A stretch of 64,000 nucleotides of DNA. It comes from an uncultured Ignavibacteriaceae bacterium (lineage in GTDB: Bacteria > Bacteroidota > Ignavibacteria > Ignavibacteriales > Ignavibacteriaceae). The DNA is taken from the NCBI GenBank assembly GCA_963714775.1, contig CAVQQN010000030.1, positions 50,553 to 114,552 of the forward strand, written 5' to 3'. Positions 24,460-35,270 of the stretch are shown one piece after another (the stretch's first letter is position 1; each line of letters begins with the position of its first letter). The position numbers and the translations under genes were made by a program. The notes under the pieces were generated by a model. That model was not told the DNA's origin and did not search any database. It saw only the letters and a program-made list of their open reading frames with translations.

Positions 24460-27400
24460 TTATTTTATCACCGCAAACTTTCCTATTTTTTCACCAATAC
24501 CTGGTGCATCTACATGAAAAACATAAACTCCATAAGCTATATCCATTCCATCTTTAGAAACAAGATCCCAGCTTTCCTGTCCATCAGAAATTGTACTGGA
24601 GTGTTCAATTGTATCAACAAGTTTTCCACTAATAGTGTAAATATTTATTGTACATTCACTCGGCAGATGCATAAAATATATTCGTCTTTCGCCTCTTCCC
24701 ACTTCAGTTGAGGCTGGTTCCCACGATGCTGCACCAACATATGGATTAGGTACAACTGAAATATTATCCAATCGGACGTTAGCTTTGAATTTATCAAAAC
24801 TCTGACCTTTTAATGTAAACTCATAAAACTCACCTTTTCTAAATGGTTTTTTATTAACAACTTTAAATACATCCCCAACTTGAGGAGGCTTCTGATCTGC
24901 TTCAGCAATTGTAGTATCTTTAATTAAAGTAACAGACCAGCTTACATGCAGATTTGAAAAATTGGTGGCTGTTTTACCGAGTGAATCACCAAATACAAAA
25001 AATATTGCATCACCTTCATTAAATATTTTGATCCGTATTGGCATCACGAAAGATGAACTGAAAATGATCGTTCCCTCTGTAAGATTGTTTACAATTATAT
25101 TGGATTGAATTGGTTGACTAAAACCAGTAGCAGGAAATGATAAATCCCCTGCCCGGGTTCAGTAAATCTAATTTCAAAATCAGCAGGATAATCAATTTTT
25201 TTTCCGATATATGCTGCCTGATATCTTGAATCAAAACCAACCTGAACTATATAATTACTGCTTCCTGTAACCCAGCCGGTCTTCTCAAAATCAATCGTTA
25301 CTACAGTATCACTTTCAATATCAAAGTGAAATCCATCAATTACTGGAGTTTGATCTTCAACTCCACTTACTGTTTGCAAATTCAATAAAGTATCATCTTC
25401 TAAAACATTATATAATGAATATTCAGGATGTGCAGAATTATGATAAGGTAAATCATCAAAAAATTCTAATCTATAAGTATTAAAATTTTTAATCGAATCC
25501 GGATTAAGTATAGTAATTGAAATATTTCCGGTACCCGGACCGCTTCCTTCAAATGATGCAACTTCCGGAGCAAGATAACCTGCGGCAGGAGCTCTTGGAG
25601 TAATAACTGCAGTATTAATATCAGTAGTTATATTTCCATTAATATCTTTTTTAAGAATTGTTGTTGTTTCTGAAGGCGGAATACCTTCAAAAACCCCTTC
25701 AATATTAGTAGTAGCAAATCCTTGATCATATGCAGCAACAGCATAATAGTATGTCTGACCATTTTGAACTGTGGTATCAATAAAAGAATGTTTTAAACCG
25801 GAATCATCACCAAGATAAAACATTGCTCCATTAACATCTATAGGATGAAGTCCTTTAATTCCATCAATTAAATCAAACTGAGCAAGCGGTAATCTGAAAA
25901 CAGGTTTACCGTAAGCATCAGTAATAATTTTATTTTCAAGAAAATTTGGTTCTGTAGATCTGTAAATTCTGTACCCTTCAAAATTTATTCTCTGATAAAA
26001 TTCATCAAAAGTTTTTTCTGCACTGATCATCCCAGTAAAGAGTTACTTTATGATCACCAGGAACTGCAGTTAAGAATTGGTTTTTCCGGCGGTTTAGCAA
26101 AACGATAATTAGCATTATAAATTTGCTGAACTGTTTTCTTTCTTCTAAAAATCATCCTGTGTTAATTCCGAAAATCATTGACATTGAAAATCTTTCCGTC
26201 TCACCTTCTTCTTCAATTTGTCCTGTGGTAGTGGAATATGTATTTCTACCATTCATACTAAAAAGATAACTTGAGAAATAATTAGCTAGATTAACTCCCA
26301 CAAGTGATTGACCATGAGGGGCAGGTAATCCTGAAAGTACACCCCAGTTTTCTTCATCATTATCCAGTTCGTAAGTATGAACAGCATAAATTTTAAATCC
26401 TGTTAAACCCAATTGATCAGATTCATCTTTATCCAGAATTCCGAAATTTGGTTCTCCCTGGTCAGGTTTTCCATTACCTTCCGTTCCATCAATATCAGGT
26501 CCGGTATAGTTATCATCATAAGGACCTATTCCATCAGTTCCAACATCATCATTAAGTGACTCACCCTCATCCCAAACTCCATTTTCATTTAAATCAAAAA
26601 AAGTTCTCCAGTTAGCATTTTCATCAGCATCCCAATGATCTTTCCAGGAATAACCATAAAAATCAAAAAATTTTGTTGTATCCTGAAAAGGATTTCTAAG
26701 AAATGGATCCAGATTAGGATCAGTAATAAAATTAACCGGATTGTTATCCCTTTTTTCATCTGTAGGACCATCCGAATCATTATCAATTCCATCATCGGGA
26801 ACACCGGGACTTTCAAGAAAAGCATATCCGGCATATCCAACCGGACTCCAATTTCCGGGGCTTCCGAATGGTACCACTGACCAGGCATATGACATATCTA
26901 ATAATTCGTTGTAATCGCCGGCATTATTTGAAGAATTATCGTGTCCACCAATTCCCCAATCAACATATTGAGCAAATAAAGTTTTGTCATAATCATAAGT
27001 GCCCATATTTGTAATTTCATAATACCAGAAGATTACATCTTCAGCTAATACCTGAGACCATTGAAAACCACGGGCTCTAACCTGCATGGCTAATCCCCCC
27101 CTTGTGGAATCATCTGCATCGGGCATAAAATTATTTCTCAGAAGATATTCCCTGTCCTCATCATCGTCAAACACAAAATAAGTTTCAACATCAGCATTAA
27201 AAATACCCTTGCCAAAAAATCCATTCCAGCTATTATCCCAGTCAACAGGTCTATCGGGCCAGGTAAGAGGCCAGGTATTTGGATCATCACTTCGTGCAGG
27301 GGAACTACTAAACTGCCCTGCATACCCTGGCAACGGCCACCAACCATACGTTACACCAGTAGAATTATCGTAGCGAGTAAACTCATAGTAATTTGATTCA

Positions 27401-27716
27401 AGAGGATGAATTAATATTTCCAGCTGGGTCATTTGCTTCGGCCTGTACAATAATAGCAACTCCATCCACATAAGTGTGATTAGTGCCTTTTGGCCAAACT
27501 CCGCTTCGGCTTGGTTCATTCTGCCAGTCTGCAATTTCACCAAAGTTGTAATAAACAGTAGCAGCAAGATTTCCATCCATGAAACCTTTTTTTGTCTGAT
27601 TGTGGTCTCCTTTGTTCTTATCAACAATCCTCTGACCAATTAGTCAGATTAGTGCTGATAATAAATGCTGCCACTACTATCGTTATAAAACTGAAACTAT
27701 TTTTTGGTATCGACAT
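24460..27716 (-). pseudogene. Large (~1080 aa) secreted Asp-rich Ca-binding protein with FlgD/T9SS-like C-terminal domain, function unknown; frameshifted
   Basis: The ATG at 27716 gives MSIPKNSFSFITIVVAAFIIS (signal-like). Thrombospondin-type-3-like loops include DDGIDNDSDGPTDE and DLNENGVWDEGESLNDDVGTDGIGPYDDNYTGPDIDGTEGNGKPDQGE. The C-terminus reads IYTISGKLVDTIEH..WDLVSKDGMDIAYGVYVFHVDAP..GKFAVIK. The pieces are 26152-27639, 25095-26030 and 24460-25047. Confidence 0.55.
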
Positions 27717-27739
27717 TTTTACTCCAATAAATAGATAAA

Positions 27740-30506
27740 CTAAAATGAAAAATCAGCACCTAGGACAATTTGTCTTGGTGATGAATAAAAATCTGGTCTT
27801 GTAAAATATTCTTTGATTGTATTTACACCTCTTGGCGCTGTCTGATTTCGAGTTAGCTCCAATGTATCTCCTGCTCTTCCCGTATCACCAAAAACATTTA
27901 ACTTCATTTAAGGTATCAAATAAATTATAATATCTTTACGAAATACTGATAATTGATTACCAGCATAATTCAAAATACTTAGTTACATAAAAATCTACAT
28001 CATAAAAAGCCGGTCTGTTATCACTGTTTTCAAGTCCTGTTCTTTGATTTTGTAAAGATGGAGTATAAGGTAATCCTGATCCAAGTCTTCCAATAAAACT
28101 TGCAATATAATCTCCCGGTACTCCAAGCGTTAAAGTAAGATTGAGTGAATGCGTTCTGTCCCAGTCTAAAGGTACCAGTTGTTTATTCGACTTCAATTGG
28201 TGGATTTGATTGCGCATTATTAAATGCTGCATTAGGATCCGAAGCACTGCCTTTTGCGATTTGAAAAGTATAATCCAATGTTGCACCAATACCATCGCAT
28301 AAATCTTTTTTCAAAAGATAAAGTTATACCTTTTACAGAACCATAATCTTTATTAATAAGTCTTACTGAATTTTTTGAATTCATTTTTAATAAATATTTC
28401 TGATGCCAGTAAATTTCTTATATCTTTATAATAACCTGTGATAGTAATTCCTAATTCATCAGTTAAAGCTTGCTGCAAACCTATTTCATACATAATGGTT
28501 TGTTGCGGTTCAAGATCTGCATTTCCAATCGTGTTGCCAATATTTTCCGGAAAATCACCGGTAAGCGGAATTCTGAAATTAGGATTACGATATAAATATT
28601 CAAATGGAGGGATCTGGAAAAAATGACCATAAGAAATATGAATTGCACCTTTATCTGATATTGGATAAGATAATCCAATGCGTGGACTTATTTGAGATTT
28701 AGGTTTAGCTGCTTACTAACAATGAGTCTGGAAATGGAGGTTGAAGTTCATCTAAAAGATTAATCTTATTTGGATCTTTTAAATATGTACCATCAGGTTC
28801 GAAATAATCATATCTTAGACCAACATTAACTATTAAATAATCAATTTCAATTTTATCCTGAACGTAATATGCAATGAAGACTGATAATGGGATTGATATG
28901 CTTGATATGTATTAAAGTTAAAAGCACCGGCTTGACTGGTATCTTTGGTTTAAAGTTCGAAGATGCATCAATAATTATTTGAAAATCTTCATACTTCAAA
29001 TCATGAATATGTAAAATCAAGTCCTGTTTTAATTTGGTTAATATTATCAATCTGCCAGGTAAAATCCGATTTTCCAGTAATAGCTTGTTGTAGTATGATT
29101 AAAATGCCAGTTCTCTGTACCACCAGTCAGAAATGCATTTCCGCTAACATCCTGTTTTCTGTCTGGATTAACATACGATACCGGAGATAGGCTCTCCTGC
29201 AGTGTTGTAATACGCATAATGTCAAATGGATCTTCAAAAACATATTGTTTAAACTCTGATCTGCAGACCTGACAAAGAAAAATCTATAAACGCCGAATTA
29301 CTCAATAACAAAGTATAACTTGCTATACCTAAAAAACTTTTTTGATACTTTTTATAATCACCATCAGGATTTAGTCTATAAATATGATCATAATCTCTGT
29401 ATTTATTATCCTGATAAAGACCTGATAGTACAAACCTTTACCGCCGCCAACATTTAATGCTAGCTTTACCTTGTAAGGATAATCTTTCTATTAAAGTTCA
29501 TTGGTACATATGCTTTATCACCCGTAGATCCGACATACCAGTCTGCAGAATTATTTGCAGAAAAATTTGATGAATCTGAGGGATTAAAAATTCTTTGACC
29601 ATATATAGCACCGTCATCATAGTTATATCTTCCGGATAAGAAAAATTTTAGCAAAATTTTCGATTCCAGGAATCGGACCGCTAAAATTACCCTGTATCAT
29701 TATAAACATTGGCAGGACTTACATGATCTATATTCGTAAAGATACTCGTTATGCGAACTGACATAATCACCTAGAATAAAAAGAAATATTCCCATCTAAT
29801 TTATCACCAGCTATTTTTGTTACCTGATTTACAACTCCTGAAAGGCTTCTCCATATTCAGCATTGAATGTTCCGGTTAGCACCTGAACTTCTTCAATACT
29901 ATTAACTTCTGCTGATAAGTGATGATTGACCTGAGTAAACATCATTAACAGCAACACCATCGATCAAGATATTTAACTTCATTACTTCTTCCGCCTCTAA
30001 AGTGTCCATCAACAACACCAGCTTGTAGATTTACAACAGCAGAAACATCTTCAAGAGGAAGCATTGAAATATTATCACCACTTATTGTTTCTTCTGTAGA
30101 TGTAAGATCTTTTCTAACTAAAAGTTTTTCAGCAGTAACAACAACATCAGCTAATTCAATTGATTCCGGATCTTAATTCAAAATCAAATTTTGTTGTTTG
30201 ATCTACTGGAAACTCTTACTTTCTGAATTGTAAATGATGAATATCCAATCATTGATGCTTTTACTTGATATTCACCTGGAGGAATATTTAGTATAAAATA
30301 ATTTCCATCTATATCTGCAGAAGCTCCAAGTGTAGTACCGAGAATAATTATATTAGCTCCTAATAAGAGCTTCACCTGTAGCTCTTATCAATTATTTTAC
30401 CTGCAATTTTTCCTGTTGTTCCGGCATAAATCAATGTTCCCATCAGGAAGATTAATATATTGACTGAAGAAGCAAATACTTTATTACAATTAGTAATAGT
30501 GAACAT
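27740..30506 (-). pseudogene. TonB-dependent receptor with N-terminal CarboxypepD_reg domain (SusC-like architecture, no SusD partner), heavily frameshifted
   Basis: The ATG at 30506 is preceded by AGGTGGA. The sequence GKIAGKIIDK..GANIIILGTTLGASADIDGNYFILNIPPGEYQVKASMIGYSSF is followed by a plug-like VVVTAEKLLVRKDLTSTEETISGDNISMLPLEDVSAVVNLQAGVV. The C-terminus ..YSSPRQIVLGADFSF reaches the stop at 27740. Confidence 0.65.
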
Positions 30507-30609
30507 TACATCCACCTATTATTACATGAAAAGAAAATTTATTTAATATCACACTTACTAAAAAATAAAGGGCGCTAAAATATTAGCACCCGTTAGAATA
30601 GAGCTTACT

Positions 30610-33172
30610 TTAAGCAGTAATCATTTTTTTGGTCATGATGAAAATTACCAGCTGTCTAATCTGATAGAAATATAGTTCCGCTTGAAACTTTATTGCCATA
30701 ATTGTTATCACCATTCCACTGTACTTATAATTCCAGTATTCTGTTCGCTGTTAATCAAAGTTTTAACTTCACGTCCTAGAATATCATAAATCTTTAAAGA
30801 AACAAATGAAACTATTTGGTATTGAGTAACTGATCATGGTACTTGGATTAAAAGGATTTGGATAATTCTGGAGATAAATTATGATTACTGGTCGGAATTC
30901 ATTCTCAACACTATATCAGTTACTCCATTTTTCTTTATCTTCTAACTAATCCATATAAACTGTACCCTGGAATCTTCCCAACGGATGTAATCTTACTGAA
31001 ATTGATATTGCGTCTCACCTGTTCCGGTACAACTACATCAACATAAAACTGTGTCCAGTCAAATGATGTTGCATTAGGAAATCCAATGGAATATCGACTT
31101 GCCAGCATACTGTCCCCAGCCTTCATTGTTGCCAATTGTGTTATGGAATATTGGAGTTATTGCTACACTCCATGCATCACCTACTGCTACTACTGAATCA
31201 GGTTCCAGGTTCATTCCTTTTATCCATACACTTATTCTTAGATATATCTCCAGGCAACTAACATCCGGCTTAGTATGCATATTTTCTAGTACCAACAAAT
31301 CCATCACGTCGTACCCTACAGGTATGTCAAATTTCAATGAATAGTTTCCATTATATGCTTCTTCATCTGTTATCTCTAGTGTTTTCATATCCTGCATTTA
31401 ACACTCCATCATTTCCTCCAATTGGGGGCAACCAGTAAAACCAGCCTGTCGGTACTCCTACCTGTGTGTTCCAATCCTGTCCTAACCAGCCTCTCGCGTC
31501 CGTTCAGTACAAATATCATCTGCCCATACTGTTCCTGTTGCATCTTTTCCGCCTACAAATCTGATTATTGTTTTCCAGGAATCTTCCGGTAAGACTTATT
31601 TCACCTACTGCTTGTTGTATCTGCTACCCAGCCTGTTGTGCTTGCTACACTTTGATCTAATTCGAATTTCTTCTCACCTATTAACGCTTCCATTCTCTCT
31701 ATAGAATGAATAACTTACATACCATTTCTGATCTTCCGTTGTCGGGTTTGTGTTTACTCCTGATGTCATATAGTACATTCCCATATTCTATATCTACATT
31801 CTCAAAATGTTTCTCAGACCACAAATCACACATATTCTCTGACTCCCACATTGCTGCTTCTGATGTTGCTGTCTTTGTTATCTTCAGTGATTTGCCCATT
31901 GAACGAGACTCATCTGTTGCCCAGCTTAATGTTGATCCGATTGGTTCTGCTCCCTTTGTCCAGTATGATGGCAATGCTTGTTCGAAACTGCCTATCTCAC
32001 TTATTGTTGGAATATCTAACTTTTCTACTGTTAGATCATCCATATAAACAGTTCCCTGAGAATCTTCCTAAAGGATGTAATCTTACTGAAATGATATTGC
32101 AGTTTCACCAACGCGGATCCGGTACGTACATCTACATAAAACTGTGTCCAGTCAAATATGTTGCATTAGGAAATTTCAATGGAATATCGACTTGCCCATA
32201 CTCGTCCCCAGCCTTCATTGTTGCCAATTGTTTATGGAATATTGGGGTTATTGCTACACTCCATGCATCACCTACTGCTGCTGCTGAATCAGGTTCCAGG
32301 TTCATTCCTTTTATCCATACACTTATTCTCAATACATCACCCGGTATAGCCTTAACAGGTTCATATTTTCTTGTTCCAACAAATCCATCATGTGAACCTA
32401 CAGGTATATCAAATTTTAATGAATAATTTCCGTTATGAGCATATTCATCAGTTACAATAGTGTTTTCATATCCCTGATTTAACACTCCATCATTTCCTCC
32501 GATTGGCGGCAACCAGTAGAACCATCCTGTCGGTACACCTAACTGTGTATTCCAATCCTGCCCTGCCCAGCCGTCTCTGCCTACAAATAAATAATCATCT
32601 GTCCATACTGTTCCTGTTGCATCTTTTCCGCCTACAAACCTGATTATTGTTGTCCAGGAATCTTCTGGTAAGACTATTTCACCTATGAATGTTGTATCTG
32701 CTACCCAGCCCGTTGTGCTTGCTACACTTTGATCCAATTCAAACTTCTTATCTCCTATTAAGCTTCCATCCTCTCTGTAGAATGAATAACTTACATACCA
32801 TTTCTGATCATCAGTTGTCGGGTTGGTATTTACTCCCGATGTCATATAATACATTCCGAATTTTATATCTACATTCGCAAAATGTTTGTCAGACCACAAG
32901 TCACACATATTTTCTGACTCCCACATTGCTGCTTCTGAAGTTGCAGATTTTTCTATCTTCAGAGATTTTCCCATTGAACGAAACTCATCTGTTGCCCAGC
33001 TTAATGTTGAACCGATTGGTTCTGCTCCTATTGTCCAGTATGAGGGCAATGTTTGCTCGAAACTGCCGATCTCATTGATTCCACTCTGAGCCTGCACTGG
33101 AATTTGAACTATTATCAACGTGATGGCAAATAAACCTATCCACCATCGAGAAATGTTGCTAATCATATTCAT
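30610..33172 (-). pseudogene. Secreted protein with two tandem ~364-aa CBM-like (jelly-roll) repeats and a T9SS C-terminal sorting domain; repeat 1 intact, the rest frameshifted
   Basis: ORF 32132-33172 carries a signal peptide (WWIGLFAITLIIVQIPVQAQS) and repeat 1. Repeat 2 is in pieces (31699-32043, 31074-31397, 30935-31135). The CTD QNYPNPFNPST... reads on the minus strand at 30610-30870. The repeat junction reads ..GTVYMDDLTVEKLDIPTISEIGSFEQALPSYW. Confidence 0.6.
30930..33090. repeat. Two-copy tandem direct duplication, period 1092 bp, high nucleotide identity
   Basis: cttcattgttgccaattgt occurs at 31121 and 32213, an offset of 1092. Long colinear near-identical stretches run across both copies. 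The protein pair IGSFEQALPSYWTKGAEPIGSTLSWATDESRSMGKSLKI and IGSFEQTLPSYWTIGAEPIGSTLSWATDEFRSMGKSLKI matches closely. Confidence 0.9.
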
Positions 33173-33197
33173 AGCTTCTCCTTTAGATTAATTATAA

Positions 33198-34211
33198 TTA
33201 ATTATTGATTATTTGAACTTTAATGCTACCAGAAATATTCTCATCAGAAAAAATGCTCGTTATATCATTTAGATAAATTTGTTTTGTAAGTAATTCTTTT
33301 ACACTAATTGTTTTGTTTACTAATAGCTCAACAGCTGATTTGAATGTAAAAGGATTAAGAAATGAACTGAAAATCTTCAACTCATTTTGAAAAAGATATT
33401 GAAGATTTAAAGTTACGTTCTGATCTTTTGGAGCAAGACCGAATATAACCACCTTACCTCCTTTACCAACAATTTTTATTGCATAGTCTACAGTGGGACT
33501 GCTACCAACACATTCAATAACAACATCCACTTGTGAATTGGTCAATTCTTTAATCTCTTCAAATGTTTTTTCATCGTGTGGATTTAACGAATTATCAGCA
33601 CCTAGTTCAATTCCTAATTTTTGTTTATATAAATCCGGTTCAACTAAAATAATTTTTGCTGCACCTGAATTTCTTACCAGCTGAACCATTAGTAACCCAA
33701 TTGATCCGCCTCCGATAATGACCACCGTATTTCCTGGTTTAATATCTGCATGTTCAATACCTCTTAAGCAGCAGGAGAGTGGTTCAGAAAATGCAGCGAT
33801 GGACAGATCAAATTCGGGTGGAAGAATATAAGCCTGAGAAGCCGGAACGATAGAGTACTCCGCGAATCCACCATTCATCGATACTCCAAGAGCGTTAAGG
33901 TTTTCACAGAAATTAACCATCCCATTTCTACAATAATCACAATGACCGCAATAAATATTTGGATCAACTGCAACTTTATCCCCGATATTAAATTTAGAAT
34001 CCAAATCACCTTTCTCGATAATAATGCCGCTAAATTCATGACCAAGTATAACTGGAATGCTTGAGGGTGCCTTACCTTCATAAATATGTCTGTCGGTACC
34101 ACAAACGCCACAACAAGCTACCTTAATTAGAAGCTCATCTTTATCTAATGTTCGCAAGGGATAATCACTTAGAACAATATTTTTATTTCCATTAAATACT
34201 GCAGCCAGCAT
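33198..34211 (-). CDS. Zn-dependent medium-chain alcohol/polyol dehydrogenase (sorbitol/threonine dehydrogenase-like)
   Basis: Motifs include CGVCGTDRHIYEGK, GHEFSGII, structural Zn cysteines CGHCDYCRNG and the NAD fold VVIIGGGSIGLL. The ORF is an intact 337 aa. Confidence 0.85.
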   Translation of the reverse strand: MLAAVFNGNKNIVLSDYPLRTLDKDELLIKVACCGVCGTDRHIYEGKAPSSIPVILGHEFSGIIIEKGDLDSKFNIGDKVAVDPNIYCGHCDYCRNGMVNFCENLNALGVSMNGGFAEYSIVPASQAYILPPEFDLSIAAFSEPLSCCLRGIEHADIKPGNTVVIIGGGSIGLLMVQLVRNSGAAKIILVEPDLYKQKLGIELGADNSLNPHDEKTFEEIKELTNSQVDVVIECVGSSPTVDYAIKIVGKGGKVVIFGLAPKDQNVTLNLQYLFQNELKIFSSFLNPFTFKSAVELLVNKTISVKELLTKQIYLNDITSIFSDENISGSIKVQIINN

Positions 34212-34217
34212 ATTATT

Positions 34218-35270
34218 TTATTTTGATTTACAAATAGAAGTTGATTCTCTGACAACTAACTCAACGGGTACAAGTATTTTCTTTGGTAACGATTTTTTAT
34301 TTTTTAAAGTGTTCACTAATAACTTGAGTGCTTCAACACCCATTTCAATTTTAGGCACTCTTACTGTGGTAAGAGGCGGACTGAGCATAAGATCCGCTTC
34401 AACATCATCAAATCCAATCAGCGAAATATCTTCAGGAACTTTATACCCATTATCTTTTAAATAATGCAGTACACCTATAGCCATCGCATCATTTCCCGCA
34501 AAAACTGCAGTTACACTTTTATTTTTCGAAAATATTTTTTTCGCTGAATTAAAACCGTTTTGTCTGTCCGGATATTTGGCATCTGTAACAATAAAGTTAT
34601 TTTTAAAAAGAATACCTGCATTCTCCAATGCTTGCTTGTACCCTTTTAACCTATCAGACAAACTAGGATGTTCTATGTCTCCACCTATGAAGGCAATATT
34701 TTTGTGACCAAGATTAATTAAATGATTTGTTGCCAGGAGAGCGCCTTGAATATTATCAATTAAAACTAGCGGATGACTATTAGTTGGTGGAATATAATCA
34801 ACATAGACAGTTGGAAGATTAGAAGCGAAAATTCTTTCAATTAGATTCGGGGGAATTTTCCCTGCTACAATAATTCCATCAACACTTTTATTTAAGATAA
34901 ATCGTGGTAGTGAATCATTTTCATTAAAATCTGCGCTAACCGATGTCAGCAGAATGTAGTATCCTTCATTTCTCGCTTCAAACTCGGTTCCTAAAAAAAT
35001 CCTTGTGTAAAATGGTTCTGTTCTCAAGAAGTGATCATTCGTAATAATAAAACCAATATTACCTGTTTTTCCTGAAACTAAATTTATTGCTGATTTTGAA
35101 GGATGATAGTTCAGGGTTTTAATAGCTTTTAATACACGATTTTTTGTATCCGCTGATATATGCTTACTATCATTAATTACAAATGAAACGGTTGCTATAG
35201 ATACACCCGCTTTTTTAGCTACATCTTTAATTGTTGTTTTCATTGATATTTTAGTTAAACGTTTAACCAT
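34218..35270 (-). CDS. LacI family transcriptional regulator
   Basis: The HTH is MKTTIKDVAKKAGVSIATVSFVIND, followed by a periplasmic-binding-protein-like sugar-binding core. The real start is more likely the second Met, at 35243. Confidence 0.85.
   Translation of the reverse strand: MVKRLTKISMKTTIKDVAKKAGVSIATVSFVINDSKHISADTKNRVLKAIKTLNYHPSKSAINLVSGKTGNIGFIITNDHFLRTEPFYTRIFLGTEFEARNEGYYILLTSVSADFNENDSLPRFILNKSVDGIIVAGKIPPNLIERIFASNLPTVYVDYIPPTNSHPLVLIDNIQGALLATNHLINLGHKNIAFIGGDIEHPSLSDRLKGYKQALENAGILFKNNFIVTDAKYPDRQNGFNSAKKIFSKNKSVTAVFAGNDAMAIGVLHYLKDNGYKVPEDISLIGFDDVEADLMLSPPLTTVRVPKIEMGVEALKLLVNTLKNKKSLPKKILVPVELVVRESTSICKSK
35254..35267. promoter_or_regulatory. Candidate LacI-family operator (perfect 14-bp palindrome GTTAAACGTTTAAC, central CG)
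   Basis: The palindrome was read directly at 35254-35267. It lies 11-24 nt upstream of the probable lacI-family start at 35243. A central-CG palindrome is the canonical LacI/GalR operator layout. Confidence 0.45.

Noticed and set aside
30930-33090. Possible diversity-generating retroelement (template/variable repeat pair), because of two near-identical ~1.1-kb copies
   Set aside because: There is no reverse transcriptase or accessory gene anywhere in the window. The repeat unit is far longer than a DGR TR/VR pair. The substitutions I compared are not confined to adenine positions. It is a tandem domain duplication.
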